DNA of 32,000 nucleotides from Archaeoglobus fulgidus DSM 4304 (GTDB lineage: Archaea; Halobacteriota; Archaeoglobi; Archaeoglobales; Archaeoglobaceae): the NCBI RefSeq assembly GCF_000008665.1, contig NC_000917.1, forward strand, positions 1,110,001 to 1,142,000, written 5' to 3'. The position numbers were made by a program, and so were the translations under genes. This document shows, piece by piece, positions 19,378 to 28,786 of this stretch. The notes beneath the pieces were generated by a model, which did no database searches, had not been told where the DNA came from, and was given only the letters and a program-made list of their open reading frames with translations. Position 1 is the stretch's first letter. Every line of letters begins with the position of its first letter.

Positions 19378-19887
19378 ATGGAGTTGACCACACCTGAAAG
19401 AGTTCTGTTTGAGACTGAGGTTTACGAGATCGACGATGACCTCAAGGTTAAGAGAGGGAATGTTAAGATAACGGAAAGCAGAATAATGTTCAGAAGCAAC
19501 GGAAACGCAAAGCTCCTCTACATTTCGGGAATACAGATGGTTGAAATCAAGAAGGAGAACAGGTGGGGATTTTTTGCGGGAGGTTTAATCTTTCTCGTCA
19601 GCTCGGCGATAATGTATCTTCTCGGGCTGGAATTCGGCGTCGGCAGTTTCACCTCAGCTTTAATGCTATTCGTCCTTCCAACTGCGTTCCTGTTCGTTTC
19701 CCTGCTCCTCCTCTACTGGTGGTTCGTTACGAGGTCGTACCTGCTCGACATGCATACGAACTTTGGGAGAAAGCTTAGAATTAGGAGCAAAAGCAAAGAA
19801 GACCTCTACGAAATCGCAAACGCGGTAGAACTCGTGAAGATGGGTGCTGTTAGGATGCTGCAGAGGAAGGAGAGGCAATTCGTTTAA
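19378..19887 (+). CDS. Conserved-looking hypothetical membrane protein (PH/GRAM-like soluble region around a two-TM hairpin)
   Basis: Soluble beta-rich N-terminus (VLFETEVYEIDDDLKVKRGNVKITESRIMFRSNGNAKLLYISGIQMVEIKKE), two adjacent hydrophobic segments, then a charged tail. Confidence 0.65.
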   Translation: MELTTPERVLFETEVYEIDDDLKVKRGNVKITESRIMFRSNGNAKLLYISGIQMVEIKKENRWGFFAGGLIFLVSSAIMYLLGLEFGVGSFTSALMLFVLPTAFLFVSLLLLYWWFVTRSYLLDMHTNFGRKLRIRSKSKEDLYEIANAVELVKMGAVRMLQRKERQFV

Positions 19888-20355
19888 GCTATATTTTTGT
19901 CCATAAGTAACTTGGGAAGATACAATTTTGGCAGATAGATAGCCACGTAGACGCTGAAATAATTATTGAAGGCGCCCCTGTGGAAAAAAATGAGGCATTC
20001 AGAGAATTTTAATCCAATAACTTGAGGTAATGCTTCAAGTACTCCAATTCAGGCTTCAAGACTTTTTCGGGCAAAGGCATCAAAAAGGCTCAATCCCCAC
20101 TTCACAGCACCACCAGACACTTAAAAGGACACAGTTCATATCGTAAACTCCTTTTTTGTCGGGTAAAGCCAAGCAGAGTAAGGTGTCGGTGGTTATACAA
20201 ACGAGCCTCGATTTGCAGAGCCCGACCCTTCTCTGGCAAGTTTCTCTGCTTATTCTGCGAAAGACCTCTTGTGAAGCTATAATATAAATGCTTTCAATAC
20301 TTCATCGACAATGTAGGGCAACCAGAACCCTATTACGGCTTTAACCCATTTCGCT

Positions 20356-20490
20356 GTGATAATTGTTGTGGCTGTTGCAGCCCTCGCGATGTACGGTGGA
20401 ACCTGCGGAGCCTGTGCGGTGCTAGCATGTAACTGGAACGTTAGGGAGTGCGGGATAATCTGGAAGAACCTTTTTGAAGTAAAAAAATAA
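20356..20490 (+). other. Possible small hydrophobic Cys-rich peptide ORF (candidate secreted peptide or fragment)
   Basis: Manual translation: VIIVVAVAALAMYGGTCGACAVLACNWNVRECGIIWKNLFEVKK*. The frame is open back to 20317 (GNQNPITALTHFA...). Cysteine pattern C-x2-C-x4-C-x6-C. Not in the supplied ORF list. Confidence 0.35.
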
Positions 20491-20493
20491 ACT

Positions 20494-20676
20494 GTGTATG
20501 CAAGTGACAAGACTTTCATTTATTTTAAGGTTTTACTTCAGGATCCAGCCTACCTGCTGCCGCTCGGACTATCGCCTCTTTTGAGCTATATTGCATTTCA
20601 GATTAGGAATTTACCGGAACCACTTTATTCATATACCATCACACTAACATTAACGGTTTTAGCCCAATTTGCCTGA
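20494..20676 (+). pseudogene. Fragment of a decayed membrane permease
   Basis: LLQDPAYLLPLGLSPLLSYIAFQI...LYSYTITLTLTVLAQFA* is hydrophobic. A more plausible N-terminus (ATG 20498: MQVTRLSFILRFYF) lies in another frame, and the continuation (LNSFNAAKSLKLRFTPSS) is in yet another. Confidence 0.5.
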
Positions 20677-20726
20677 ACTCATTCAATGCTGCTAAATCGC
20701 TAAAGCTGCGCTTCACCCCGAGCAGT

Positions 20727-21508
20727 TTGAAACTCCTGCTATTGGATTTGCTATCGGCCCTTCCTCTGATTTTACCTTTAATTATCGCAGTAAAACCTCC
20801 AGAGTTGCTGCTCATAGTAGTGGTCTCAGCGATTTCAACGGTTTTGTACGTTTTGATACCTTTTCTTGTTTTTTTGTTTAGAAGAATCGATGCCCGTGCA
20901 ATTATGGTGAGTGGAATTGCGTTCTATCCTTTCCATCTGTTTCTGCCAATGATTGTGGTTTTCATCACAGGCATACCTTTAATCCTGAAGTCAAAGGGTG
21001 TTTACATAACATTAGACGGAATCGGTATGGAGAATCCTGACTTCTCAGATGCGCTTCTGGTCATCGATACAATGCTGTTCCAGATAATGCTGCTGCAACC
21101 TTTTATAACCCTCATCTACTCCAGAGGTGTTGATTTGAAAATTCAAGACGTTAGATTAATCTTGGGAACACCATTAAGACGCAGGATTCTTTCATCACTT
21201 TTTGCCTTTGTGATTGCAGGAATTGCACTACCTGAAATTGTTCTGCTGAATTTCTCCGGTATTTTGCATGTAGACTATCTGTTCTTCGTCCACCTTATCG
21301 CATCCTCCGTCTTTGCAAATTTACTTGTGCCTTCTGACTCCAGCAAGACATCCCTTGTAGTTTTTTATCTTTGGGTGTATATTTCCTAATCGTTTTCAGT
21401 TTTCCACCAGTACTTGATGCAATCCTGCCCATAATACTTGTTGCCTTTTACGATGCTGATATCAAAGTAAAGAGGTGTTGGAATGAATGCCTATCTAAGA
21501 TTGGGTAG
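20727..21508 (+). pseudogene. Probable ABC-transporter-associated permease with an apparent frameshift near 21389
   Basis: Multi-TM frame 20727..21389. After its stop the +1 frame continues LIVFSFPPVLDAILPIILVAFYDADIKVKRCWNECLSKIG* to 21508. Confidence 0.55.
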
Positions 21509-21635
21509 CAGTATCTTGAGAAGTAGGATATTCTGGATGCTGCAGATAGCGTTCTTACCAATTTTTTACTGGTTTGATTTCTGGTGGAAATTCGAGAAAG
21601 AAAAAGGAGATTTTTTACCTTACGGAGAAGATTGA
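21483..21635 (+). other. Short overlapping membrane ORF, probable fragment of a second permease component
   Basis: MNAYLRLGSSILRSRIFWMLQIAFLPIFYWFDFWWKFEKEKGDFLPYGED*, overlapping the end of the preceding membrane frame. Confidence 0.35.
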
Positions 21636-21639
21636 CGTG

Positions 21640-22019
21640 CCCGAGCAGATAACCACAAAAGACTATGTGCTAGTTTATGGTGCTCTGTACGGTCTGAATA
21701 AACAAAGAACCTTAGTTAGGATGATGGAAGCCCTTGAGCTTTTTGGATTGGGCAGCATTACAGATTGCAAGCTCTCTCACCTCTCACAGGGACAGAGAAG
21801 AATGGTGCAGCTCTCCGTCGCCTATATTTTGCAGCGCAAAGTATAAATCTCCTTGACGATCCTCTGGTTGGGATAGACAGTAGAAAATTTCCTGTTAAAG
21901 GGTTCTTTTCTGTGATCAGCGAGTACGGTGTGGTGGTCATTGCAGACAGAGACGAGAGTTCGTGGGATTTCGTTGAAAAAAGAATTGACTTTTCCGAGTT
22001 CCCTCTAATTGAATCGTAA
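21640..22019 (+). pseudogene. Degenerate ABC transporter ATP-binding protein fragment (Walker A half absent, one internal frameshift)
   Basis: Frame 21574..21846 contains ITTKDYVLVYGALYGL and the signature LSHLSQGQRRMVQLSVAYI. The Walker B-like INLLDDPLVGIDS follows in a different frame (21765..22019). No GxxGxGK[ST] found upstream. Confidence 0.75.
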
Positions 22020-22021
22020 CC

Positions 22022-22052
22022 GTTATAAGTTGCACCGTTGCGCAACCAAACA
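22022..22052 (+). promoter_or_regulatory. Probable leaderless archaeal promoter with a palindromic operator candidate
   Basis: TTATAA at 22023-22028 is about 27 nt upstream of the ATG at 22053. Perfect 10-bp palindrome GTTGCGCAAC at 22037-22046, preceded by a GTTGC half-site at 22029-22033. Confidence 0.55.
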
Positions 22053-22331
22053 ATGCCAGACGAGAAGCTTGCGAGAGCCCTGAGGGCGAGGATTAGAAGG
22101 AGAATTTTGAAGACAATAATAGATTCAGGGGAGCTGAGCGTTACGGAGATTTCGGAAAGGCTGGGAATCGGGAAGTACAGCGCATCAAAGCATTTGAAGC
22201 TGCTCTACGATTTGGGTCTGGTTAACGCCAGAGAGGACCCACCGAGAAAGTTATATTATGTCTCAATTCCTGAGCTTAAGGAACTGCTTGAGGCTTACGA
22301 TAAGGTTGTTGAGGCAATTTCGAAGAGGTGA
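22053..22331 (+). CDS. Winged-helix (ArsR-like) transcriptional regulator
   Basis: RARIRRRILKTIIDSGELSVTEISERLGIGKYSASKHLKLLYDLGLVNAREDPPRKLYYVS. Confidence 0.88.
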   Translation: MPDEKLARALRARIRRRILKTIIDSGELSVTEISERLGIGKYSASKHLKLLYDLGLVNAREDPPRKLYYVSIPELKELLEAYDKVVEAISKR

Positions 22332-22335
22332 AGGG

Positions 22336-22800
22336 ATGAAGGCGGTAATAATTATGGGTTCGAAATCTGACCTGGATTACTCGAAGAAGATAGCTTCAAA
22401 GCTCGCAGATTTTGGCATTGATGCTGTAATGAGAATCGCTTCAGCCCACAAAACTCCCGAGAAGGTTCTGGAAATCATAAAGGAGTACGAGAAGGAGGAT
22501 GTGGTCTTCGTCACCGTAGCGGGAAGGAGCAACGCTCTGAGCGGTTTTGTTGACGCAAACACCTCAAAGCCGGTAATAGCGTCTCCCCCCTACAGCGACA
22601 AGTTTGGAGGGGCAGACATCTTCTCAAGCATAAGGATGCCTTCAGGCGTTGCGCCAATGCTCGTTCTTGAGGCTGAGAACGCTGCCTTAGCGGTTGCAAA
22701 GATTTTCGCTCTTAAGGATGAGGGGGTCAGGGAGAAAGTTGTCCAGTTCCAGGAGAACAAGAGGAGAGAAATTTATAAAGCGGATGAGGAACTGAGGTGA
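22336..22800 (+). CDS. purE: Phosphoribosylaminoimidazole carboxylase, PurE family, apparently class II-like
   Basis: MKAVIIMGSKSDLDYSKKIASKLADFGIDAVMRIASAHKTPEKV, then VAGRSNALSGFVDANTSKPVIASPP. Start placed at the ATG at 22336. Confidence 0.9.
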   Translation: MKAVIIMGSKSDLDYSKKIASKLADFGIDAVMRIASAHKTPEKVLEIIKEYEKEDVVFVTVAGRSNALSGFVDANTSKPVIASPPYSDKFGGADIFSSIRMPSGVAPMLVLEAENAALAVAKIFALKDEGVREKVVQFQENKRREIYKADEELR

Positions 22801-22804
22801 TTGG

Positions 22805-23800
22805 ATGGGGAGTGTTAAGGATTTGGTAGTTCTCAAAGAACCCGCTGAGAAGCCCGGACTTGGAAGGTTCATCTTCTCAAACCGCTATTCGGTTTTCGAC
22901 TACGGGGAGATGCCAGATAAAATAGAGGATAAGGGAAGGGCTCTCTGCATGGTCACAGCCTACTTCTTCGAAAAGCTTGAGGAGGCCGGCATAGCAACGC
23001 ACTACCTCGGTTTGGTTGAAGGAGGGAAGGTGAGGAGGTTCGATGAGGTTGAGAATGCAGTAAATGAGATGGAAGTTAAGCTTGTTAGGGTTATTAAACC
23101 GAAAAACGGGGATTACAGCATCTTCAAAACCTTAAAGGGAAACTTCCTCGTCCCGCTTGAGATAATATACCGCAACAGCATTCCCGAAGGCTCCTCTCTC
23201 CTGAGGAGAATAGAGAGAGGAGAAGCCAAACCAGAGGATTTTGGCCTAACGAAAATTGAGGCGGGAATGAGGCTTGAAAGGCCAATTGTGGACTTCAGCA
23301 CCAAGCTTGAAGATGTTGACCGCTATCTGAGCCATTCCGAAGCAAAGGAAATTTCTGGACTGAGCGATGAGGAGTTTGAAGCTCTCAAGGAGCTCGTTGT
23401 TAAGGTTGATGAGATTATAACGAGGGAAGTTTCGAAAGCGGGACTGATAAACGAGGACGGAAAGATTGAGGTTGCCCTTGACGATGAAAGAAACCTCATG
23501 GTTGTCGATGCCGTAGGCACTCCTGACGAGTGCAGGTTCAGCTTTGACGGCTTTGAGGTGAGCAAGGAGCTTTTGAGGGAGTACTACCGCAAAACGGAGT
23601 GGTATGATAAAGTCAGGCAGCTTAAGGGGCAGGAGGGATGGAGGGAGGCTGTGGGCTTACCGCCCCCACTTCCTGATGAAGTCAGAGAGGGAGTTTCCAA
23701 CCTCTACAGGGCCTTCTGCAATGAGGTTACTGGCAGGAAGTTTTTCGATGCGCCAAAGCTTAAGGAGGTTGTTTCTCAGCTTAAAGAGGTGCTGGAATGA
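22805..23800 (+). CDS. purC: Phosphoribosylaminoimidazole-succinocarboxamide synthase, long archaeal form
   Basis: GRFIFSNRYSVFDYGEMPDKIEDKGRALCMVTAYFFEKLEEAGIATHYLG, PLEIIYRNSIPEGSSLLRR, LVVDAVGTPDECRF. Confidence 0.88.
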   Translation: MGSVKDLVVLKEPAEKPGLGRFIFSNRYSVFDYGEMPDKIEDKGRALCMVTAYFFEKLEEAGIATHYLGLVEGGKVRRFDEVENAVNEMEVKLVRVIKPKNGDYSIFKTLKGNFLVPLEIIYRNSIPEGSSLLRRIERGEAKPEDFGLTKIEAGMRLERPIVDFSTKLEDVDRYLSHSEAKEISGLSDEEFEALKELVVKVDEIITREVSKAGLINEDGKIEVALDDERNLMVVDAVGTPDECRFSFDGFEVSKELLREYYRKTEWYDKVRQLKGQEGWREAVGLPPPLPDEVREGVSNLYRAFCNEVTGRKFFDAPKLKEVVSQLKEVLE

Positions 23801-24873
23801 AGGCCGCTTTGGCTTTGGAGGATGGGACGTATCTCGAAGGTAAGGCCTTCGGGGCGGAGAGGGGTGGGCTGGGCGAGATAGTCTTCTGCACCTCCATGAC
23901 GGGCTACGTTGAAGCTCTAACTGACCCAAGCTACAAGGGGCAGATTCTGATGATGACCTACCCGCTCATAGGCAACTACGGAGTGAACAGGGAAGATTTT
24001 GAGAGCGATGGGGTCAAGGTTGAGGGATTTGTGGTTAAGGAGCTCTGCAAGAATCCGAGCAACTGGAGAAGCGAGATGAGCGTTGATGAGCTGCTGAAGC
24101 AGTACGACGTTCCGGGGATAGAGGGAGTTGACACAAGAATGCTTACCAGAAAGATAAGAATTTACGGCTCCATGAAGGCTGCAATTGGCATAGGGGACGT
24201 TGACAGGGAGAAGCTTGTCAGAAAGGCGGTTGAGCAGCCCTTTATAAGCGACATTGACCTTGTGGATAAGGTCTGCGTGAAGGAGGCAAAGAGGTTTGAG
24301 TCAGATGGCGATTTGGAGGTTGTGCTTGTAGATTGCGGGGTTAAGATGAGCATAGTCAGGCAGCTGCTGAAGAGGGGCGTGAATCTCACAGTTGTCCCTT
24401 ACGATTTTCCTGCAGAAAAGATTAAGGAGATGAATCCAGACGGAGTTTTCATCTCCAACGGTCCTGGGGATCCGGCAAGGGTTAAGCCCACAATCGAGAC
24501 GATAAGGAAGCTCGCCGGGCAGATTCCGATGGCGGGCATATGCCTTGGCCATCAACTTACAGCCCTTGCTCTTGGGGCAAAGACCTTCAAGCTCAAGTTT
24601 GGCCACCACGGCAGTAACCAGCCAGTAAAGGATTTTGAGACGGGGAGAGTTTTCATCTCCAGCCAGAACCACAACTTTGCCGTTGACACAAAAACCCTCC
24701 CCAAGGAGTTTGAGGTCACACAAATCAACCTGAACGACCACACGGTTGAGGGGATGGTTCACAAGGATTTCCCGCTCATAACTGTTCAGTATCACCCCGA
24801 AGCGGGGCCGGGCCCCCATGACACCTACTTCTTCTTCGACAGGTATGTGGATATGCTGAGAGAATACAGGTGA
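23797..24873 (+). CDS. carA: Carbamoyl-phosphate synthase small subunit
   Basis: ALALEDGTYLEGKAFGAERGGLGEIVFCTSMTGYVEALTDPSYKGQIL; ISNGPGDPARVKPTIETIRKL; MAGICLGHQLTALALGAKTFKLKFGHHGSNQPV. Confidence 0.96.
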   Translation: MKAALALEDGTYLEGKAFGAERGGLGEIVFCTSMTGYVEALTDPSYKGQILMMTYPLIGNYGVNREDFESDGVKVEGFVVKELCKNPSNWRSEMSVDELLKQYDVPGIEGVDTRMLTRKIRIYGSMKAAIGIGDVDREKLVRKAVEQPFISDIDLVDKVCVKEAKRFESDGDLEVVLVDCGVKMSIVRQLLKRGVNLTVVPYDFPAEKIKEMNPDGVFISNGPGDPARVKPTIETIRKLAGQIPMAGICLGHQLTALALGAKTFKLKFGHHGSNQPVKDFETGRVFISSQNHNFAVDTKTLPKEFEVTQINLNDHTVEGMVHKDFPLITVQYHPEAGPGPHDTYFFFDRYVDMLREYR

Positions 24874-24879
24874 TGGTTA

Positions 24880-27800
24880 ATGCCGAAGAGAGAGGATATA
24901 AGGAAAATCATGGTCATAGGGAGCGGGCCGATTGTCATAGGGCAGGCTGCGGAGTTTGACTACTCAGGAAGTCAGGCGTGCAAGGCTCTGAGAGAAGAAG
25001 GCTATGAAGTTGTGCTGGTCAACTCAAATCCAGCAACCATTATGACTGATCCAGAGATGGCGGACAGAGTTTACATCGAACCGCTGGATGCCGAAATTGT
25101 GGCGAAAATCATAGAGAGGGAAACTCCTGACGCCCTTCTCCCAACTCTCGGAGGGCAGACCGCCCTGAACCTTGCTGTGCAGCTCACTGAAATGGGAGTT
25201 CTGGACAAATATGGGGTTGAGCTCATTGGAGCGAAGTTTGAGGCAATAAAGAAGGCTGAGGATAGGGAGCTTTTCAAGGAGGCTATGAGAAAAATAGGCC
25301 TTGACGTGCCAAAAAGCGATGTTGCCCATGATGTCAGCGAGGCCTTGGCCATTGCCGACGAAATCGGCTATCCAGTAGTTGTCAGGCCAGCTTTCACCCT
25401 CGGAGGGACGGGAGGTGGAATAGCCTACAACAGGGAGGAGCTTAGAGAGATTGCTGAAAGGGGAATAAAAATGTCTATGATCAATCAGGTGCTCATTGAG
25501 GAGGGAGTGCTGGGCTGGAAGGAGTTCGAGCTTGAGGTTATGAGGGACTTGGCTGATAATGTCGTCATAATCTGCTCCATCGAGAACTTCGACCCCATGG
25601 GAGTTCACACAGGTGATAGCATCACCGTTGCTCCAGCCCAAACGCTGACTGATGTTGAGTACCAGTATCTGAGGGATGCTGCAATCAAAATCATCAGGGA
25701 GATTGGCGTTGAAACTGGAGGTAGCAACATCCAGTTTGCAGTCCATCCTGAAAACGGCAGAGTTGTTGCCATAGAGATGAACCCGAGAGTTAGCAGGTCT
25801 TCAGCCTTAGCCTCAAAAGCAACTGGCTTCCCGATAGCCAAGATCGCTGCAAAGCTTGCCGTCGGCTACACCCTCGATGAGATACCCAACGACATAACCA
25901 AGGAGACCCCGGCCAGCTTCGAGCCGACCATTGACTACGTTGTGGTCAAAATCCCCCGATTCGCCTTCGACAAGTTCCCCACTGCTAACCAAGTGCTGGG
26001 CAGCCAGATGAAGAGCGTTGGAGAGGTTATGGCTGTCGGCAGAACCTTTGAAGAAGCTCTGCAGAAGGCAATAAGGAGCCTCGAAATAGGCAGATACGGA
26101 TTGGGGTGCGATGGAAAGGACAAGGAGGTGACGATGGAGGAGATAAGAGAGAGGCTGAGGTATCCAAATGCAAGCAGAGTGTTCTACATCCGCTATGCAC
26201 TGCAGAAGGGGATGAGCGTTAATGAGATTTACGAGCTAACTAAGATTGACCCGTGGTTTATAGACAAAATAAAGAACCTTGTCGAGTTCGAGGAGCAGCT
26301 GAAGCAGATTGCGGAGAGGATGAGCATTGAGGAAGTTCCGAAGGAGATTCTGAAGAAGGCCAAGGAGCTCGGCTATTCAGACAGGCAGCTTGCAGTGATC
26401 TTCAACACCACCGAAAGGGAGGTAAGGAGAGTAAGGAAGGGCAAAGGGCTCAGAGTTGTTTACAAGATGGTTGATACCTGCGCTGCGGAATTCGAGGCCA
26501 AAACGCCCTACTACTACTCCACCTACGAAGATGAGAACGAGGCTTTGAGGAGTGAGAGAAAGAAGGTCATGATTCTCGGAGCTGGCCCGAACAGAATAGG
26601 GCAGGGCATTGAGTTCGACTACTGCTGCGTCCATGCTGTTTTCAGCCTGAAGGATGAGGGATACGAGACGATTATGGTCAACTGCAACCCTGAAACAGTC
26701 TCGACCGACTACGACACCTCCGACAGGCTCTACTTCGAGCCGATAACCCATGAAGATGTCATGAACATCTACGAAAACGAGCAGCCTGAGGGAGTTATAG
26801 TCCAGTTTGGCGGGCAAACGCCGCTCAACATAGCGAGGGAGCTTGAGGATAGCGGGGCGAGAATTCTGGGCACATCAGTTGACTCCATAGACATTGCTGA
26901 AGACAGAGAGAGGTTTGCTGAGCTGCTGGAAAGGCTGAACATCCCGCAGCCAGAGAACGGCATCGCCCACAGCCTTGAGGAGGCCAAGGAGATTGCGAGG
27001 AAGATAGGATTTCCTGTGCTTGTAAGACCGAGCTACGTTCTTGGCGGGAGGGCGATGGAGATTGTTTACGACGAGGAGACGCTTGAGAGATACATAACTG
27101 AAGCCTTGGAAGTCAGCCCTGAGAAACCCATTCTGATCGACAAGTTCCTTGAGGATGCCATTGAGGTTGAGGTTGATGCCCTCTGCGATGGGGAAGAGGT
27201 GGTGATTGGGGGAATAATGGAGCACATCGAGGAGGCTGGAGTGCACAGCGGTGACTCTGCGTGTGTTTTACCACCAGTTTCCTTGGATGAAGTCACCATT
27301 AACACCATTGTCGACTACACGAGGAAGCTGGCCCTCGCCCTCAACGTTGTGGGGCTTATAAACATACAGTATGCTGTTAAGGACGGTAAGGTTTACGTCC
27401 TTGAAGCGAATCCGAGAGCGAGCAGAACGGTTCCCTTCGTGAGCAAGGCTACTGGAATTCCATTGGCAAAAATTGCCGCAAAGCTTATGATGGGCAAGAA
27501 GCTGAGAGAGCTTGGAGTTAAGGAGAAGCTGAAGCTGAAGCACGTTGCTGTGAAGGAAGCTGTGTTCCCCTTCATAAAGCTTCCCGGTGTTGACCCCGTC
27601 CTCGGGCCTGAGATGAAGTCAACGGGAGAGGTTATGGGCATAGACTACGACTTCGGCCTTGCCTACTACAAGGCTGAGCTGGCTGCGGGAATGAAGCTTC
27701 CCCTGAAGGGGACAGTTTTCATCAGCGTAAGGAGGAAGGACAAGAACGACAGGCTGCTTTACCTTGCAAGAAAGTTCAAGGAGCTGGGATTCAGGATTAT

Positions 27801-28110
27801 TGCCACTGACGGGACGAGGGACTTTCTTGTGCAGAATGGTATAGAGGCGGATTTAATCCTCAAGATAAGTCAGGGAAGGCCCAACATTCTCGATGCCATT
27901 GTGAACGGGCAGGTTGACTTAATCATCAACACGCCCTCGGGCAAGAGGGGAAGGACTGAGGGCTACATGATAAGGAGGGCTGCAGTGGATTATGGAGTTG
28001 CCCACATCACAACTCTTGCTGGAGCGATGGCGGCGGTGAGGGCTATAGAAGCAGTGAAGTCGAGAAAGATGGTTGTTAAGTCCATTCAGGAGTACCATGA
28101 GGAGAGCTGA
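24880..28110 (+). CDS. carB: Carbamoyl-phosphate synthase large subunit
   Basis: [57 protein letters not shown]; duplicated ATP-grasp halves; 1076 aa. Confidence 0.98.
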   Translation: MPKREDIRKIMVIGSGPIVIGQAAEFDYSGSQACKALREEGYEVVLVNSNPATIMTDPEMADRVYIEPLDAEIVAKIIERETPDALLPTLGGQTALNLAVQLTEMGVLDKYGVELIGAKFEAIKKAEDRELFKEAMRKIGLDVPKSDVAHDVSEALAIADEIGYPVVVRPAFTLGGTGGGIAYNREELREIAERGIKMSMINQVLIEEGVLGWKEFELEVMRDLADNVVIICSIENFDPMGVHTGDSITVAPAQTLTDVEYQYLRDAAIKIIREIGVETGGSNIQFAVHPENGRVVAIEMNPRVSRSSALASKATGFPIAKIAAKLAVGYTLDEIPNDITKETPASFEPTIDYVVVKIPRFAFDKFPTANQVLGSQMKSVGEVMAVGRTFEEALQKAIRSLEIGRYGLGCDGKDKEVTMEEIRERLRYPNASRVFYIRYALQKGMSVNEIYELTKIDPWFIDKIKNLVEFEEQLKQIAERMSIEEVPKEILKKAKELGYSDRQLAVIFNTTEREVRRVRKGKGLRVVYKMVDTCAAEFEAKTPYYYSTYEDENEALRSERKKVMILGAGPNRIGQGIEFDYCCVHAVFSLKDEGYETIMVNCNPETVSTDYDTSDRLYFEPITHEDVMNIYENEQPEGVIVQFGGQTPLNIARELEDSGARILGTSVDSIDIAEDRERFAELLERLNIPQPENGIAHSLEEAKEIARKIGFPVLVRPSYVLGGRAMEIVYDEETLERYITEALEVSPEKPILIDKFLEDAIEVEVDALCDGEEVVIGGIMEHIEEAGVHSGDSACVLPPVSLDEVTINTIVDYTRKLALALNVVGLINIQYAVKDGKVYVLEANPRASRTVPFVSKATGIPLAKIAAKLMMGKKLRELGVKEKLKLKHVAVKEAVFPFIKLPGVDPVLGPEMKSTGEVMGIDYDFGLAYYKAELAAGMKLPLKGTVFISVRRKDKNDRLLYLARKFKELGFRIIATDGTRDFLVQNGIEADLILKISQGRPNILDAIVNGQVDLIINTPSGKRGRTEGYMIRRAAVDYGVAHITTLAGAMAAVRAIEAVKSRKMVVKSIQEYHEES

Positions 28111-28786
28111 TGAATTGAAAAATCTGGCGAATCTGGACTTTGAGAGGTTTGAAAGGGCAGGAAAGCCGGAGGCAGTTTTTGCAGAGGGTAAGAGCGTTGA
28201 GGATCTTGTTAAAATAGTAAAGCGCTTCATCGAGGAGGGGAAATCCACTCTCGTTACCAGACTCAGCAGGGAGCAGATTGAAGCTCTTAAAAGCTTTGAG
28301 GAGGTAAAGATTAACGAGAGGGGCAGAATAGCTATAGTGGGGAAACCTGTTTCAGCTAAAGCAGGAAAGGTTGCCATTCTCACTGCCGGAACCTCGGACA
28401 TTCCTGTTGCTGAGGAGGCTGCAGTAACGGCAGAATTTCTCGGTCTTGAGGTGCTCAGATTCTACGATGTGGGTGTTGCAGGGCTTCACCGCATTGTTGA
28501 GCCGGTGAAGAGAATCAGGGAGGAGAACGTTGATAGTGCAATTGTTGTGGCGGGAATGGAGGGGGCTCTGCCATCAGTTATAGCAGGGCTTGTTGACGTT
28601 CCTGTTATAGCAGTCCCAACCTCGGTGGGCTACGGCGTGAACCTCGGCGGGATAACCACGCTCTTTGCAATGCTACAGAGCTGCTCCTCAGGTGTGGCGG
28701 TGGTGAACATAGACAACGGCTTTGGCGCAGCAGTCTTCGCAGCTTTAATCTCAAGGGTTAAGAGAAAGGCTGCTGGAGAAGACTAA
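28097..28786 (+). CDS. larB: LarB-like pyridinium-3,5-biscarboxylic acid mononucleotide synthase / AIR-carboxylase-like (CpmA) family protein
   Basis: [93 protein letters not shown]. Overlaps the end of carB by 14 bp. Confidence 0.85.
   Translation: MRRADELKNLANLDFERFERAGKPEAVFAEGKSVEDLVKIVKRFIEEGKSTLVTRLSREQIEALKSFEEVKINERGRIAIVGKPVSAKAGKVAILTAGTSDIPVAEEAAVTAEFLGLEVLRFYDVGVAGLHRIVEPVKRIREENVDSAIVVAGMEGALPSVIAGLVDVPVIAVPTSVGYGVNLGGITTLFAMLQSCSSGVAVVNIDNGFGAAVFAALISRVKRKAAGED

Noticed and set aside
20277-20519. Minus-strand 80-aa ORF MKVLSLAYTVYFFTSKRFFQIIPHSLTFQLHAST...
   Set aside because: No domain or protein-like pattern; the opposite strand gives a more protein-like hydrophobic Cys-rich frame.
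20000-22100. Insertion sequence or transposon as the cause of the broken locus
   Set aside because: I could not find a transposase motif, clear terminal inverted repeats or target-site duplications by eye.
25024-28401. Minus-strand ORFs within carB and larB (including the 240-aa ORF 25024..25746 and the 160-aa ORF 27919..28401)
   Set aside because: Long, but fully antisense to carB/larB, whose frames are unmistakable. No conserved motifs.
28097-28786. LarB-like gene as a second purE (AIR carboxylase)
   Set aside because: It shares an AIR-carboxylase-like domain, but the sequence pattern ([27 protein letters not shown]) fits the LarB/CpmA family, and a proper purE is present upstream.
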